From positions 7,936,001 through 8,000,000 of the forward strand of contig NW_026974140.1 in assembly GCF_037042905.1 (NCBI RefSeq): DNA of 64,000 nucleotides, written 5' to 3'. Below are positions 12,601-24,600 of the stretch, piece after piece (within the stretch, counting starts at the first letter, position 1; each line of letters starts with the position of its first letter). The notes under the pieces are model-generated. The model did not search any database. It was not told the DNA's origin and was given only the letters and a program-made list of their open reading frames with translations. Source of the stretch: Lytechinus pictus (lineage: Eukaryota). The translations under genes were made by a program, and so were the position numbers.

Positions 12601-15600
12601 TTTGGTATAGAAAACGCACTTTTATGGTTATTTTCTCCCGGCCGAACCGAGCAGCCGTATGCCTGACACATAGGCATATTGCAGCTGTGAGACGTCGCGC
12701 GCTGGATTGTTGCGAAACCAAAGTGGAGATGGTACGTCACAGTCACGTGACCGATCTCGCTACATGTGCGCGAAATTTAATTCTTTTTGCCCCAAATAAC
12801 CGTTACAAGAAATGCTCTTAAAAATCTCCAAAGTCGAGTAAGGAGATAATACTTTTTGAAATGGCTCCTGTAATTATTTACTACGGGCTAAATATTTTTT
12901 GGAGCTGGCCTGGACCACCCCTTTAAATTCGTGCCGTGCTAAATGCAAGAGTATGTACGATACTAAACTTTATTCTATATCGCTGCACATCCATCTCCTG
13001 TCTTGTTTTGCGCCATTGATTTGACATTTTGATTATCACTGAAGTTTATTAAACAAAAGGAAGCGCTTAATATGAGCGAAATTACACAATTTTTTTTCGT
13101 CCAAAATAAATCACAGAGGTTTTCGTACTTCGTGAGCATGGGAAAGGAAAAGTAACTCTTCTAGCATGCACCATCCCTTTCACATTTCTAGCTCTTTTTT
13201 CTTCTTAATCGAGTTATATATAATCTAAGAAATATCAAAATTAAAACAGGTTTCCAACAAAAAATTTTTAAAATTCAGAGCTCCAACACCATTCGCGGGA
13301 AGGAATAGGGCCTAATTCCTTCCTTTATATACCTGTCTACTACTCTGAGCTCTGTTTAGCGACTTGAGTTTACAAAATTTAATGTGGATAAACTTTTTAC
13401 AATCAAATCTGATGTGACCAAGGTAGGCACAATTAGAGGCCTATCATTTCTGTTCTCTATTTTTATAAAACGTTTTAAGCTTCCGCGCTTCGCGCGGTAA
13501 GAGCAATTATTTCGAATTCTTCAGTCTTTTCCCATTTTTTGGCTCTCATAATTTCTTTAGAAAACTATTTCTTAAAATCACATTAAGTCAATATTTGAGT
13601 TGATACGGGTACAAGAGATGCAAGAGACGCCTTCTCTTGATTTGAATTTGATAAGATATCAAAAACTTCGCGCAACTCCCCCCTCCCTGCACCCTACACC
13701 CTAGGGAGCGCGCTTCGCGTGCTCTTTAAGTGTTGGCACGCTTTGCGTGCACTTACCGCCCCCTCCAAAATTAAATCCTGGCTACGCGGTTGTCAATCCT
13801 GCAAAGTGCACCGTCTTGACAGTGTCTAAAGAAGAAATCACATCCTCTCAGGGACTATACTGTTTGTGGGCAGGTGTTAGAAATCATCTCATCCATATCT
13901 GGGGGTTCAACTGGACAATAAATTATTACGGAGGGAACAAGTGGACAAAACAGCCAACAAAGCTTACGAGACTCTTTGCATTCTTCAAAGGAATTTATGG
14001 TTATGTCCGAGGGATGTCAAAGTCATAGCCTATAAATCATTAGTTAGACCAGTTTAGAGTATGCCACTTGTTCATGGGATCCACATAAAGTCGGTCAAGT
14101 AAGATATCCAGAAGGGGTTCAACGCAAGGCAGCCTGTTCATGTGGAAGCGCCGTGGTGTAGCGGTTCTGACTCTCGCCTTGTAATCAGAGGGTCGTGTGT
14201 TCGAATCCCACCATGGCCTAGCGCCCTTTAGCAAGGCGTCATTTCCACACTTTGCCACTCTCACCCAGGTGCTAATTGGGTACTGGTAGGAAACGACCAT
14301 AATTGTGGTTGGTTTAGCAAGTGTGCGCCTAAGAGGCTGCTTGAAATGCTATGAATCCAGTAACCGGGTAATAATAATTGTGAAGCGCTTTGAGCAGTCG
14401 TAGATTGATAAAGTGCTATATAAATGCCAATTATTATTATTATTCATGCTGTGGAGATTACAGCTGTAAAAGTAGCGTTAGCGGAATGTTTAAAGATTTC
14501 CAACTCAATACACTGGAAAGTAGAAGGGAAAAGAGTAGACTGACAATGATGTTTAAGATCCAGAATATTGATATAAAAAAAGGGGAAGACATGAACTTAC
14601 AGAAACCTACAAAAATACATTCTTTACAAGAACAATCAAAGCTTGGAATTCATTGGACCCTATGACAGCAGATAGGTTCAGAGCGGCACTCTCCTTGACA
14701 CGAGAGCAGCACGCTGGCATTATGCAGTCTACTGCCCTGCCGGTGTAAACTTGAGAAGGTTTAGATGGCTCCCTTTACAGATGTTTAATCTTAAATAATG
14801 ATCAAATATAAAATAGTGATAAAATGATTTGATGAAATATGTTATGATAACAGTATGTTTGCTGTCGTCATGAAGTAAATTTCATCCGCCTCATCTTTGA
14901 AGTAACTCCAGCTGTAAGGCCATATGTGAAAAACAACAATTTGAATGGTGTCTCGCAAAACAAACTCATATTAGATAATTATATAATGTCATTTATGAAC
15001 CACCATGGTGGATATGCTTCTCACCCAACAAACTTATTATCTTAGGTAACGATGAAATGAAATGATAGTTCTAACACATGTATTTAGACACAGAGAAATA
15101 CTGCTTTACTTTTCTGCATTGAGTATTACCTGGGAAGAATACTCCTTCATTGTATATTATCACAAAGCATAATATCATTCTTTGTGTTCATTTATTTGAC
15201 TATTGATTATCATAAAATTTCTGAATTGATTAATTCTGATTTGAATAGGTGATAGTAAATGTCATATCTTCTTTCTTATCTGTATTAGATGCCATTCCAG
15301 TCTCAGGGTAGCTCATCTGATGTGCGGTCACCTCTTGGTAATGCTGGGTAAGTTAAATTCATATTTCTCCCCAATAAAAATAAATGAACATGTCTAAACT
15401 TAAGTTTCATAACTTGTACCTTCAATTTAATTCACTTGACTTTACACTCACTCCACAGCTTGAATATTGTGAGTTATTGGAGCAAGTTTGTAAGTCATAA
15501 AAATGGGTCAGTTATACCACGGTCACATTTGCTCTACGGCGGCCGTACGGCGAGTCGAAAACAGCCGTTTAATTAATTTTTACTAAAACCACATATATGT

Positions 15601-18600
15601 AGCTAGTACAAACAGAATGTTAAAACGGCTGTTTTCGACTCGCCGTACGGCCGCCGTAGAACAAATGTGACCAGGGTATAAGTCATGGAAACAAGTTATG
15701 AAAAACAAAATCATACCATATCACCAGAGGGGCCCAGTGATATACTTTAACATTGATACATGTATCTTTTTTTTTTAGATATAAGATGACCCTGTTCTTA
15801 TTTTCTAAAGATTACAAATTTTATTTAAGAAGATTCTATTAAGGTGTGTTTACCTTGTGGTATATTTTGTGTGATTGGAATGATAATAGACACGTAATAA
15901 TAATCTAGGATAGAAATGGCCATTTGATTGTTTTTTTTCATGAAATTCCCAACAACATTTTTTGTTTGAAATTGAAAATATGAAATTCTGTAGGCACTTG
16001 TCATTGTGCAGATTTACAGTGGACTTAGCATCTCTATTTCTTTCAATTTGATCCTTTTTTTCTAAGATCATTTTTGACATGGCATGTTGATCATATTTTT
16101 ATTTCATAAAGAAGAGCAAATGCTACGCATCTATGATTCTAAATACAACTTTCATTAGGCTAATTAATTCTCCTTTCAACACTATTGCTTAGATCTTTTT
16201 ACTTCAGTGTTGGGTGCTTGTGAACTATATTTCTTTCATTAATTAAAGCCCAACCTTTTAAGAAGTTGTAATGTCCAGAGGGATTCCATATTAAATTTTC
16301 TCAGTATTGGTTCAGAGATTTCAAAGGAGTCTGGACCAAATTCATTTTTTTTCAAAAATTTGCCAAAGTTTGCAAAATTAGTTCATGAATTGTGTGGGCC
16401 AAAAAGAAGGCAATTTTATGTAGGATACTTAAACTGAAACAGTATCTCATGTCTATGCGTCATGTCATATATACCAAAATAAATAAGAGAAAAGCAAAGG
16501 GATAGGGGGTGCAAAAAGAATTAGTGAAGTGATTCTTGCACTGAAGCAAGTAATATGTCATTGCCTGTTTGGTCAGAATGATAGAATTCCACGGAGGTAG
16601 AGTCAGTATTTCTTGTGATTCATTTAACAAACCTATGACAGGATAGTTCAGTTATCCTGATCAAGGAGATAAAAACCCTCTTTATTTAACAAAGTTTGAG
16701 TTCTTGCCAAGATATTTGAAGAGTTTATTAACCATGCCAACATTCAATGTTGTGACACTGGCATCAATCACTGTCCACATTCTTTGAAATCATAACTGTT
16801 CGTTTGAATATGAAGATAAGGGAGAAAAATTGTGATGAATTCGAATTTGAAGTGCTTGTAAAATGAAGAATTTTTGTTTTCTTGCTTTTCATTAAAGTGA
16901 TATAATTCCTAATAATTGCACACATGTTGGAGAAGCTAATGCTGATTGCAAAATCATAACATGGCATCATCTTAATTTCCATTGAAATTCACACCTAGCA
17001 AATTATGGATGTTAATTTGGATCCCTGGCGATAATGCTCTTGATACACGGGAATAGAATTTGACATTCCATTCCACACTCTATTGTAATTTACTTACCAA
17101 GCCTACTGGGTTGTAGAGCTTGCTTGGTGTGTGTATAGGTGATTTCATTAATATGTCAATTGATTGAGGTGGGTTGGGTGGTAGTATAAACTACTCATGG
17201 AACATTAAACTTTTTAGGTTGGTTCATTGCTTATATCTGTTATACAGTATGTTGTGATTAATTGGTTTGTGTATTTGAGGTAGTGAATAGATGCTTGGAA
17301 AATGAAAATAGTAATAGAAATGGTGACATGATTGAGTGATATCAGAGGTTTGATCATAAGTATGTAAATTATTATTCAGTAATCACATATAGATGAAATG
17401 TTTTATTAATTCATTTAGTATTATGAATTACTCAATGGGTAGATTCAATGATTTAGAACTAGTATGCACTGTGAAACTGGTGTTTAACAATTGTGCTTAG
17501 AGGACCAAACCTGTTATTTTACAATGTGTAAGATCTGTGGTGTTAAACACCCAATACACCTTTGGTTATAATTTGGTGTCATTTTGTAAATCTACCTAGG
17601 GTGTAATCTTAACACCTATGGTGTGGTCTTTTAGAGACACCTAGTGGTGTCGGTTTTAACACTCTAGTTATTACAAAGTGTAATGCCTTGTAACCTGTTT
17701 CCTGCAGTCATATCTCGGCCTATGTTATAGTTAACTAACTATATACAGTAGTTTACACGTAAACTTATGTAGTATTAATCTGTTTATTATTCCCACTTTT
17801 CCCCCACTCTTATCCTTTTCTCTATCCATATATCTCAATCTCCTACAATCCCACAACCTGATCTAAAACAATACCACCGCTCTCATACACCTTCATCTGA
17901 TACTCCTCCTCTTTGACCACCACTGGCCACGCCCATTCTTATTTGGCTCCACCTCCTCCTTCACTTTGCCCCACCCAATTCCTTTTGTTTGACCTTTGAC
18001 CCTATTGAACCAGTATTGAGCTGGGCAAGTGGCACTGGAACCGAGTCGCCATAAAATTGGGGGTGAAGTAAGTCCTATATGATGGCATGCCTATAGTATA
18101 TTTTTTTTGTAAATGTTTCTCCTTAGTCTTAGTTTGCTTCCCTGCATGTAAATATCAACTCCCAACTTGTGATCTGGCTTTTCGGTAGGCCATAGATACT
18201 CCTTTGTTTATCTTTTATTATAAAAGAAAGGAAAAGAGACTAAAATGAATATTGGTGAAAACCTTTCATAGACCTAAAATGGACAGAATTATTATATTTG
18301 AGCTGATAATAATTTTTTTTTACAGAATTGATGGTAAACAGAAAAAATTCTATGAAAGAGTTTGAAGTGATGGTTTCGTAGTTTACATGACTATCCTCGT
18401 GACTTCACTAAAACAGTACTTAAGAACTGTTATAAAGGAGTTTGGTTCACCCAGATTTGTACATGAAGGTTATATTTTATGACAGTGTCTTTCAAAGCCA
18501 GGCTACATGTGTCCCATATTAATGCAGCTTCTTTGTCCTAAGTATGATGACATAATTATAGCCTTTATTCTTATTCACATGTAACCCTGCTTAGATTATT

Positions 18601-21600
18601 TTCACTTAACATATTACATTTACAAAGCATGATAAGTGTCAGCCATTGTTTATGTGTGCCTAGATCATATTGTATGTAAAAAACAGGAGGGTGTTAGAGT
18701 CATTGTTAGAATCATAGATACATGTATATACCCTTCTCTGCTCGTTAGATGTACTTTTATAGCTTAGTGAGTGTAATGAGTGCCCAACCTGACATATCAT
18801 TCTTTTTAGCACATTTACAAAGATCTTTCATTCAACCTTCGGTATCGTAACAAAATGTATTATTTACTGTTACAAGACATTAACTCTGTGGTGATGTTAA
18901 GTTGATTATTTCTGCATTAAATGGTGTTCCCGCATAGGCTTTCAAATTCTGTTTTTAGGGTATGCTCATTATGATACTTGATCCTTAATGTAAGGAGTAT
19001 CTCATTGAGGGGCTGATGCTCGCGAATGTAGCACATTGGATATTTCACCAGGATTCATAAAAGGTTGCAAAAACATTCATTGTTGCAAACAGTTTTTATT
19101 GTGTTCAGAATATCTTTGCAAAACTATTTTCCCGGGGGGGGGGGGGGGGGGGGCACTCAGTATATAATGCATAGTGGTTATGTGCCACGGAGGGGACCCC
19201 CATTTTTACATTCAAATTTCTGTTCCAAGGCATAGCATTTTTGTCTTATTGAGAAAAAGAACAAAGAAAGCCGCTCCAAAGCATAGCATTTTCTTCTCGA
19301 GAAAAAAAAAGAAAGAAATCCGCTCCAAAGCTTCGCATATTTTCCGTTACGCCGTTCCGGCTGCATTGATCTGCTACAATGAGCTGCAATTTTGGTGAAA
19401 AGCGGCCGCTGTTCGACCATCGCCTCTGCGCTAGCGCACCCGGCGCCCGTGCCGCCGGGCTAGCTGCATGCACGTATGCCTGTTCCATAGGGATGCATAC
19501 GCACTCACACGCAGGCGACCCGTTCCAAGGACCCCCGTTTTCACAAACATTTGTAGTTCCGAAGCCTGTTCCTTGGACCCTCCTTTTTACAATAAGCCCG
19601 CTCCAAGGCCCCCGTTTTTTGTCTCGCCCTCGGCACATACCTACTAATTTTTTGGTCGAGTACCCCCCCCCCCCCCCCCCCCGGACTATTTTTCTGTAAA
19701 CAGTTGCTGCCATTTGCAAACGGTTGTAAATGGTGTCACTGAGGTTCTTTTTAATTCACCAATGATAGTGCCCAACCAATATTACCCCTGTATGAAATTG
19801 ATCCGCTAATAAAAATTGTGTGTCGAACGTTTTCAAACATTGTCCCCATTGTGAAGCAGTTCCCAAATAGACTTTGTCAAACATTCGTAAGAGTTTGCAA
19901 CACTCACCAAAAAGTTGGCGAATTCAGAATTTGCAACGTTTGTATACATTCGCCGTTCAGTGAGATACCTCTAAAGGGTGCCTTTGATGTGAGGGATCTT
20001 TTGGATTGTGCTAAAAATGAACAGTTCCAGGGGTGGGAGGGGGGGGGGACATCCATGATAGCTTGTGTGTTTGTATGATTGTGTAATTGTATATAAAGCT
20101 ATGAATATTTTTTTTCAGCACATTTCATCAATAAACATTGCGTTTGATTTGAACATTTGTGAGCCTGATTGGATAGTGTTTAAGTTTTTGCAGGGGTTTA
20201 ACAGGGTATATACTGTACATGTACAAAGATTTCCCTTGTAATTATGTATTTTCTATGTGTCTGTGTCTTTATCTCGTTATGGAATTTTGGGAAGTATTGC
20301 CATTGAATGTTCTACACAAAGTGATTTGAGAGTGTACTTTAATTCGCAATGTACTCTCATTTGGCTTTTATGTTGATATATTGGCTATTAATTGCATGGG
20401 TTTGCTGTATGTTGATGTGAACAAATATTATTTTTGCCAGGATAAAAAGACTTTTCTGTTTGTGAAATATGTCTTTGGACGATGCTCTCAATTGAATTCC
20501 AGGTCGTTATAATTGATATAAATTCTTTACCCCTAATTATTTCAATTGTACTTATAAAAGACAAAGACAATTAGACATTCATTAAACAAGATCACTCTAT
20601 CCACAAGAATGCATGTGAATTCCAAGTAGAATATCTGAACATCATAATATGACCTTTTAATTACCATACTCTATTAGATCAGACTGCGAGAAAATCACAT
20701 TGTTTTTTGTTTTTATTTAAGTTTTATACATAGTAACCACATCGTGTATTCTTGATACAGAAGTTGTTCTGATATCAAACCAGATAATAAGATTAGAGCT
20801 CAGTAATTATTGACCGTCTGTAGACATTCTTGAAATTCTTTGATGTAGATGTCATAAAAACTCTGCCAGAAAGGTTCATACCAGGCAGTTCATACCTCAG
20901 GCTCAATGTTGACATTTAGTTTGGAAAGGTATATACCACAGTCCAGCAGGTTCATAATACTGTTGAAATCTATATTAGAACATTGAAACAGATAGCTGAA
21001 GGTCTTGAAATGGATCTAAATTATTGACAGAATCTAACTCAGTGTAAATACTTGGTTTTGGGTCATTGCTTAAATAGGTTGTTGAAGAGATTAAGTGTCT
21101 CCTAATTATATTTTAGGGAATAAGTAGGGGTCAAGATCTGACTAGGTTTTACTAAGTATCTGTTTTGAATAATATTTTTGAGTTGATTTAGGTATTTCAG
21201 GAAGTTAGATAGATGAGAATGCTGTTCTATCATCAATATATGTTCCTTACTTTAGATTTTATATTCCCCTTTTTCACTGAGAGAAGGGAAATATGTAGAG
21301 AGAGAAGGGGGTACTTGGAGCTCTGATTTGATAACCGTAACCAAAGGAAGGTTTATTCTATTATCCTTTAAGTATAGTTTGACTGGGTCATAAGGTTGAA
21401 GATAATTGAATTGAATTGAATTTATTCAAACCAGTCAAAGGAGAACAAAGTACAAACAAAATAAATGGTTACATTATAAAGAACTGAAACAAATGACAGG
21501 TTTGGGACCCCAAAGAAGCACAGCTTGTAATCAGGGGCCCCTGCATATGATATTTTACTCAAACATGGAATAACTATAAGAAAAAAAACAAACAAGGTAT

Positions 21601-24600
21601 TTAAAAATCACAACAGGAACATTACCCACACGCAAGCATACTAAACTATGTTTAGCCAAGGTGTGATTTCTAACATCTCTTGATTCACCCTCATGTATTT
21701 TAATTTTATTTTATATTGGTATAATAAGTAGATTGTGAACACTTTGTTCAGTATTTCTATGCACAATATTCATCATTTTCATATTTTTGCCATATAATTT
21801 CACTTAGTTTGGCAATGCATGCATATATGAATACTGCCTATCATTTGCTTGTGGCAAAAGCTTCTTTACTTTGCAGCACTGCCTCTAAGGAATGTCTTGG
21901 GCTATACTCACAAACATTAATGATTTTTTTTTCTTCTTTAGCTCAGATTTGATTTTTTTTGCACATCTGATCTCAAATTTTAGCTTATAGTCGAAGCAAT
22001 TTTTTAAAGACCAGATTATGCTAAACGTGTTATTTAAAGAGCAGTGAAATTAATAATAATTATAAAGATAGTAGTAAACTTCTAAGTTTTTAAGTTGAAC
22101 AGATTAATGTGGTCCCAAATTACTTGACCAAGGTACATGTATGTGTCTTTTATTTATTTGTATAACCTTTGAGAATCTATTTGTCAAATGCTTTGTTGAA
22201 AGTTGTTTATGTTTTCTTGGTCATTACATGTTGTTTTATTGATGGATTGTCAGTGCTCACTGTGTATTGTTTTTATTGACTTAAGGGTGGTGCAACACAA
22301 TATTTGCAATTAGTTACAAAATATTGTGTGGCAATTTTACAATTGATTGATACATTTTTAGTTTTAAGTCTGTTCGCACTACTTGTTTCAAGAAACAAAA
22401 TTGCAAGCACTCACAAAATTGCAATTAATTGCAAGATGATTGATTTAGGACAAAAAATAGACTTGAAATTGATTACAAGTTTCTTGCATCTCTCCTTTGA
22501 AGTGACGATCTGGGTTTTGTTTATCTGCCAAGAAAAGAAAATGATAGGTGTGTCTCAAGTGAATAATGTGGTATACTTATAGTTGTATATGTGCATGAAG
22601 TCTTCAATAGAAGTAAAGATGCATCTAATGATGAATTAGGGCTCATTATCATTTTTTTAGCGATATTTGTGCTGCATGCTGGTTTTGTTTTATTACCTTT
22701 TGTAAACTATACTTTAAATCGTTAGTGGTATATCAGTAAAGTAGAGGCAACAATTAAAAAATGATAATTTCTGAAGTTTTTATTAATCAAGAAAAAATAC
22801 AAGTATTTTGTATATAGTAAGTCATCATTCTTCATTGTTTGTCTGAAGCCTTTTCTCATGGGACCCATCATATGAAGATAAAGGTAACTGATAGATGATA
22901 TATGTAGAGCGTTTTGGCCAAGTGGATTAGTCTATGGATTTTGACACAAAGGGTTTTGGGTTCAAATCCCAACCTTTGCTGTGAGAAATTGATCCTTAAT
23001 GTGCTGCAGTCAACCCAACTGATATGAATGGGTACATTATTATTAGTAGTAGTAATAGTAATAGTAGTAGTAGTAGTAGTAGTAGTAAATAATAATAATA
23101 GTAGTAGTAGTTTTATTATTTTTATTAATCATAACTTTTGTATTGAGTATTTTTGGAAAAGGTGTAATAGTATACATTCTGAAATATTTCACTCCAACCT
23201 CATATCCTTTTGGAGGTGCTTATATACATTACTTAATATCTATGAGAAAAATATTACATATTGATGCATTAAAAAAAAAGAATTTATAGGGTTTAATTTC
23301 TTGCAAGTGTTTAGCCATATCACTATATTACATTATCTGTTCATTTCCGCAATTTATTATAGAGCCAAACAAATAAGAAATTTACATGTGAGATAATTAG
23401 AAAACTGTATTTGGAGTTTGGAATTTTTGAGTAGTGGAAGGTCTACTGAATGGAGATAATGAATTCATTTTATGGCATGATCAAGTTTACATTTAGCATT
23501 TTATGATATCATATTTACACTCTTAAACAAGCAGGAAATTGAAGGGAGTTGATTGAAAATAACCTTTGCTCCAAAGGATTCAAGCAGCAATAGTGATTTT
23601 GAGCCTAAATCAACACAAATGTTCACTTATTTCTGATAACTGAATTATTTAGGCTTATCTCCATTGCTGAATCAATGGCAGAAGGGAAAGAATGAAACAT
23701 GATCGTGTATACACACTAAGATGCAGGTATGGCTATGTGATCCTGAGATAGAAGGGAATGAAGACCTTTGACAGAGGAATGGATAATTTGTTACAAACCT
23801 TTTATACATAAAGCAATGCTAACCTTTTGTAGTCCAGCCAGCAAGTTTATACAAACTGACACATGATCCATCCTATAAAGTTACTTCTCTTTTTTTTTAA
23901 ACCAAAGGGGGAAATTTAGGACGCTCCAATGTGTTGATGTTCTCTGAAAGTTAGCCGGACTCTGGACTTTTAACAAGGATTATTATTTTTTAACTGCTAT
24001 TGATGAGGAAAGAAATAACTGACGTTGTGATTTGTCTTCTTTTTTTTTTTACTGCATTTTATGACTGCTTGAAGAAGGCAATAGGTTATGGACTTGCAAC
24101 TCAATTTTTTGGAGTGGTTTTGCTGGTCCCTGATGAAACATAAACCTCTGTGATCTTTAGACTCTCATTTGGTCTCTGATTTCTGCTCTCCTTCATACTG
24201 TGCTTCTGTATGGAGTTTATGCATGTCTGAGGTACTGGCAGTTCGTCACTGAGGCTGAGGGAGTGAATTGTTAAAAAAAAACATTTTTTCTGAGGATTTT
24301 GCACACAATGCTAATAATATGATGTGGTTATAAAGACCAGAAGTAAATATCCTGCTTCAGTGCCTTACTATAGTACACTGTCAACACGTCATAGAGGAGG
24401 CATTATTATACCACCAAAATACTTCACAGTTGTTATATTTATCAAATAAACTATTCAATATACATTAGCGGGATGTGGTATTTTAGTTTGGACATACTTG
24501 TTTGAAAGCGGCAAGGCATGGAGGTCCTACAGCTGTAGATGGTGGCCGTTTGTTGCCGATTCTTCACTATAACTCATAATTGGACAATACTTGGATTATA

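Larger units (their letters stand above)
11885..12922. mobile_element. Internally deleted Kolobok-type DNA transposon
   Basis: Perfect 18-bp TIR aggggtggtccaggccag, flanks tcaa/ttaa, convergent THAP and KolX-like ORF stubs. Confidence 0.85.
11392..13792. mobile_element. Non-autonomous DNA transposon with 8-bp TSD (hAT-like)
   Basis: TSD tcaatcct at 11384-11391 and 13793-13800; termini caggc..gtgtagccagg / cctggctacgcggttg. Confidence 0.8.
11330..14700 (+). mobile_element. Decayed CR1/L2-group LINE 3' fragment (RT C-terminal region), interrupted by nested insertions
   Basis: After removing inserts it reads FNPAKCTVLTVS, HPYLGVQLDNKL, LQRNLWLCPRDVKVIAYKSLVRP, EYATCSWDPH, EGVQRKAA, TLESRREKSRLTMMFKI. 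Confidence 0.85.

Noticed and set aside
12273-12746. Host THAP-domain gene
   Set aside because: THAP is truncated before its His ligand and enclosed by transposon TIRs
14143-14220. Possible tRNA gene (also 43657 and 33519)
   Set aside because: SINE heads or tRNA-like remnants: followed by SINE body, tail and TSD, or lacking a proper acceptor stem
17468-17680. Possible CAC...GTG MITE (similar degenerate arms at ~22285-22495 and ~37545-37745)
   Set aside because: Termini and TSDs too decayed to call from sequence alone
19174-19719. Cluster of overlapping ORFs in a GC-rich patch
   Set aside because: Inside a MITE; no recognisable domain
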